The notes beneath the pieces were generated by a model. That model saw only the letters and a list, made by a program, of their open reading frames with translations, made no database searches and was not told where the DNA came from. Position numbers and translations under genes: made by a program. A stretch of DNA of 64,000 nucleotides from Seison nebaliae (Eukaryota). Below, piece by piece: positions 59,890-64,000 of the stretch. Location of the stretch: NCBI GenBank assembly GCA_023231475.1, contig JALJEE010002733.1:124001-188000 (forward strand), in the 5' to 3' direction. The stretch's first letter is position 1. Every line of letters begins with the position of its first letter.

Positions 59890-62800
59890 TTATTTGCCCC
59901 AAAACGTATTCAATTCGTACTTGAATTTATTAGTCTCAACATCAGGCGTTGCTTCCAATTTGGGAAGTTCATCATCAAATAAATTTGCTTTCTTCTTCGG
60001 TTTCAACATTACGATATGGAACGGTGATGTTTCTCCTTCCGTTTTCGATGTTTGTTTCTCCATCCACGTATCTTGATCATTTCCATTCTTCTCCAACTCT
60101 TCGCTAAACGTATGAAATGGAATGAAATTATAATTGGTATCGGTGGATGGCGCTTTCTCTTCATTCTCCAATTGACTCACAATATTACTCTTCTCAATAT
60201 CCGATGAACTAGTTGATAAAAGTAGAGAATTCGTATTATATAATTCGTTCAATTTATCTTTATCAGTAATATCTGAATCGTCTTTTTTTTCCATTTCATT
60301 CTTCAACAAATTCAATTGTTCGGTAAGTGAATCGAAAAAGATATCTTTGAAAGTTCCATGAGAATCGACGTTGTTTATCGGATTAAATGCCAAATCGACT
60401 TTACTTAAATCAACTTCATCACATTTTTCTTTAGTTTCATTTAGTAATTTCAAATTGTCATCAACTTTATCAGGTGAAGATAAACTAAAGTTATGATCAC
60501 GATGATAATTGTAATCGGAGATTTTATAAGAAGAACAATTGAAATTTTGGTCAATGGGAAATACCGTATCGATTTTTGGTGTCAACTCCACTTCCTTCTC
60601 CGCATTCCTCTCAGACAGAGTATTCTCACTTTCTTCATTTCCAAACAATTTTTCTTTCATTTTATAATCGTAAAAATTTTCGAAATTGGGAGAATCGGCT
60701 GTTAAGAAATCGGCACCATCTGTTTCGTTGTCGATCGGATTCAATTGTTCAATTGATTCACTCTCATCCATTAGAGACGAAAGAGAATCCAATTTACAAA
60801 TGTCGTTGGTGATTGATTTGTGTTCTTCAGAAAAAACATTTTCATTCTTCTTTTTTATTCCCTTTTCAAAATCGAGACTTTTCTCTTGGAAATTTTTGTA
60901 ATAATTCTCTAATTCTTCAGTTCGAACAGAATTATTATTATTCGTTCTCTTCTCATCCGAACCTAAATATGTTGAGATACGACCAAATATCGATTGCGGT
61001 TCAGGTCGATTTGTTGGCATACGAATATGAGGCGGTCGTTTCATTGTTCTTTTTATTATGATTTTATTTGCCGGTAATGGTGGCACGGTGATTGATTGAC
61101 ATTCAGCTGCTACCACATTTGTCGTAGTGCTCGATTTGACATTCCAATCATCATTCTTCAAAATTGGCGTATAAGATTTTGGACTGTCAGTTTTGGATCG
61201 ACAAGTTCCATTATTTCCGTTTATCGCTCGTCCTTGTCGTATACGACGTTGACGAATAGTATTGCGACTATTATCCATTTTCTTTAATTTTTCTCGATTT
61301 CTCCTCAACAGATTTTTCCCGTCATAACAATCAGCGTCACAAGAATTTGCAGATTTCACTGAATTTATCGTCGCTTTCTCCATTTTCTGATAACCATGAA
61401 AACTGACTTGTTTCTTTATAGATGGATTAGATATTCGTCTGATTTGTGGTTCTTCTGCTTTCTCTTTCTTCTGATGGGAATTGATTGAATGTTTCGATGA
61501 GATCGATCCAACAGAACGACTATGTGATCTTCTGATAGTCTTCAAAATATGCGAACGAGTTCGATGAGTTTTTGGAGATGTATTCGATCGTAATTGTTCT
61601 TCTTTTACATAATTTCTTTCGTGATCAATCGAACGTATATTAGTTGAGGGACATTGTGATAAATTTTTACAAAGTCTATTACCTGATTGATAAAGTGGTG
61701 GTGATAAAGCACCGAAAACAGCTGGATTATATTGGACATTGTGTGCATATTCCATTTTGGCATATAACGGATTTATATTATATTTTATTGGATTAACTGA
61801 TGTTGGTAATTTTCCCTGAAAGTTTTCACTTGATTTTCTTGCAGTTGCAATATCATGATTATTTTTCCGATATTGATCCTTCATATAATTCGCACCAGTT
61901 TTATCATGAAAATGTTTCGTGGCACTTGGTGTCGTTTTTGTATAATATTGGGACTTGAATAAATGTCGAGAAGAATGTCGATCATTATTTTTCCCGTTTG
62001 GCTGACTTTCATTTAATAAATGACGATTCGTATGTTGATGCTTCATTTGTTGGGTGTCTGTTATCGATTTCCGACTATGTGTTCGCGATTTCGGTCTATA
62101 TTTTCTTTTCTGATGTTTCGAATTACCATATTCTAATTTATCTACTTTGTTGCCATGTGACTGTTCCGAATTACGTATGGTTACATCTGTTATGGATTTA
62201 GTATATATGACCGATGATGTATTATCTGATTCTCCTCCTTTTAATTCATCGGTCGGATTGACTAAAGTTCCACTAGTCGCTAATAATTGATTGGGAATGT
62301 ATGTGAGAGAGAGTGTTGTACTGGAAGTTTTCGTGAGACTGGGATGACGTCGTTTTGAAGAATGACTTCGTCTTATCGTCGTACGATGTTTACTGGAAGT
62401 TTTGTTTTGTGAATGTGATCCTTTAAGATGAGCGGAAATTTTCGATTTTACCGAATGACGACATCTCAGTGATCTACTATCATTCGATTTAGTCCGAACT
62501 TTCTCATCATCCATTCCAAAACGACCACCTTGAATTCTGCTCGAATTGACACGTGATTTATGTTTATAAATCTTCGAAGAAGAATGACGTCTACTGTGAT
62601 GGATAGATGCTTGAGAAGACGATTTGCCAATGGCCGATTTCTTCATCATTTGTATTTCGTTGTTCAATTCATTAATTTGTCTGATTAACGAACCTTGATC
62701 CATATATTCCAAATTCGTATTAACAGCACGTGGTACACTAAAATCTTTAGGACGTAATCGTTCGACTGTTTTGAATTCTAATCGATTCTTCTCCAATAAA

Positions 62801-64000
62801 ATCTTTAACATATTCTCTAAATTTTCCGTTCGCTTCTTTATAATTTCCGCTTCTGTTAAATCTATTATGTTAGCGATTGGTTTTTCCGATGGAGCATTCT
62901 TTATGTTCAGTTCATCTTCAAATGAAAAACCAAAATTCATTCGAGTGATATTGAGTTCGTTTAGATCCGAAGATTTACATGGAGACTTTAAAGTTGAATT
63001 GATAATTTGCTTCGATTTCGTTTTCTCCAAAAACGGTGGTTTAGATTTCGGACAAACCTTATCATCAACTGTCGAATATGTGAACGTTTTATGTTCCTTC
63101 TTTTGTCGACGATGTTCTTGTTCGTATGTGGATGGCGGAAAATATTTGAAATTATCTTTTCCTGTAGATTGTCTAAATTCTTTAGATTTGAATGTTTGGA
63201 ACTCTTTCTTCGCATCATACAACGATTGACGTACATTCTCATTCTCTTTAAATTGTGATTTCATACTTGGAGGAATAGGAACATTCGTATCAGGAGCGAT
63301 AGGTGTCTGTGAACCTTTCTTCTTTATTGGTTCTACAAATTTCTTACAATAAAGTTCTGTTTCTTCATCTTTCCCAACACTCTCACTCTAAATAAAATTG
63401 TCATTATAATGTAATTCTTGTTAAGTAAAATGAAACCGTCGTACATGGTAATGAAACATGTGGTGGTTTATATTCTATAAAAGATTTTATAGATTATAAA
63501 TATTTGCTTTTCAAGAAAATTAGATAAGAAATATTAACCACATAAAGGCAAAGTGACATTAAGTTCCCTCAATCGTGCTCGTACTTGTTTCCGACGTATA
63601 TCCAATTGTTCTTTGTCAATTTTCGATTTAACTTTATTCAGATAATTTTGAGATTGTTTCAATTTGAGAAATTTTTCTTTGCCGATCAATGTCTCTGGTA
63701 TAACATCTTCACGATCGACCGATGTTTTATCGCCCTCTTTTTTCTTCATCATTTTAGCAACACTGTTCAATGTCATCAGATCGTTGAGATATGTGTCGGA
63801 TTTATTGCACGGTTTGGCAATTCCTTTCTCGGAGAGATATCCAATTTGGTTGGTATCATAACGATTATCGACGACACCCTTCTCTAATAAAGTTCTCAGG
63901 TAAAACAAATGTTTACCATTCGATAATTCGACATCTAACAACCGGGGCATGGCTTTCTTTAAATTTGTTGCGGAGCACTTGGGAGATTGAACATCAACAT
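59890..64000 (-). CDS. Large uncharacterised, mostly disordered protein (Ser/Arg/Lys/His-rich middle, acidic C-terminus), 5'-truncated
   Basis: Exons >64000-63539, 63474-63437 and 63387-59890 join in frame through GTT..TAG introns of 64 and 49 nt. The last exon holds a 1124-aa ORF. I recognise no domain. Confidence 0.75.

Overview
AT-rich, compact eukaryotic (animal, probably invertebrate) genomic window using the standard genetic code. I reconstructed 15 protein-coding genes by hand from the six-frame track plus splice signals, and every fully contained spliced CDS closes in frame. The genes are: (1) a giant, 5'-truncated (>=4257 aa) neurexin-like receptor with LamG, EGF and three Frizzled-CRD domains, one TM helix and a cytoplasmic WD40 region; (2) a BTB-BACK-Kelch protein with a polyQ tail; (3) a Cys-rich, probably GPI-anchored protein; (4) UGP2; (5) an MFSD2-like transporter; (6) POLA1; (7) a kainate/AMPA-type iGluR; (8) a lipid phosphate phosphatase; (9) PIERCE1-like, which is missing from the ORF track; (10) WASHC3; (11) GM2A-like; (12) tubby; (13) ARMH2-like; (14) an LC8-type dynein light chain; (15) a large unknown low-complexity protein running off the right edge. 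There is also a non-autonomous Mutator-type DNA transposon with TIRs, a 9-bp TSD and a FLYWCH remnant, plus a 31-bp minisatellite and microsatellites. The strongest signal is the splicing code: 53 of 55 reconstructed introns start with GTT, two with GTA and none with GTG, instead of the usual GTRAG. 50 of 55 are only 42-65 nt and 9 of 55 end in AAG, which points to a rewired 5' splice-site recognition system. The second highlight is the LamG/FZ/TM/WD40 receptor. All family assignments come from recognising motifs by eye; no database searches were run.
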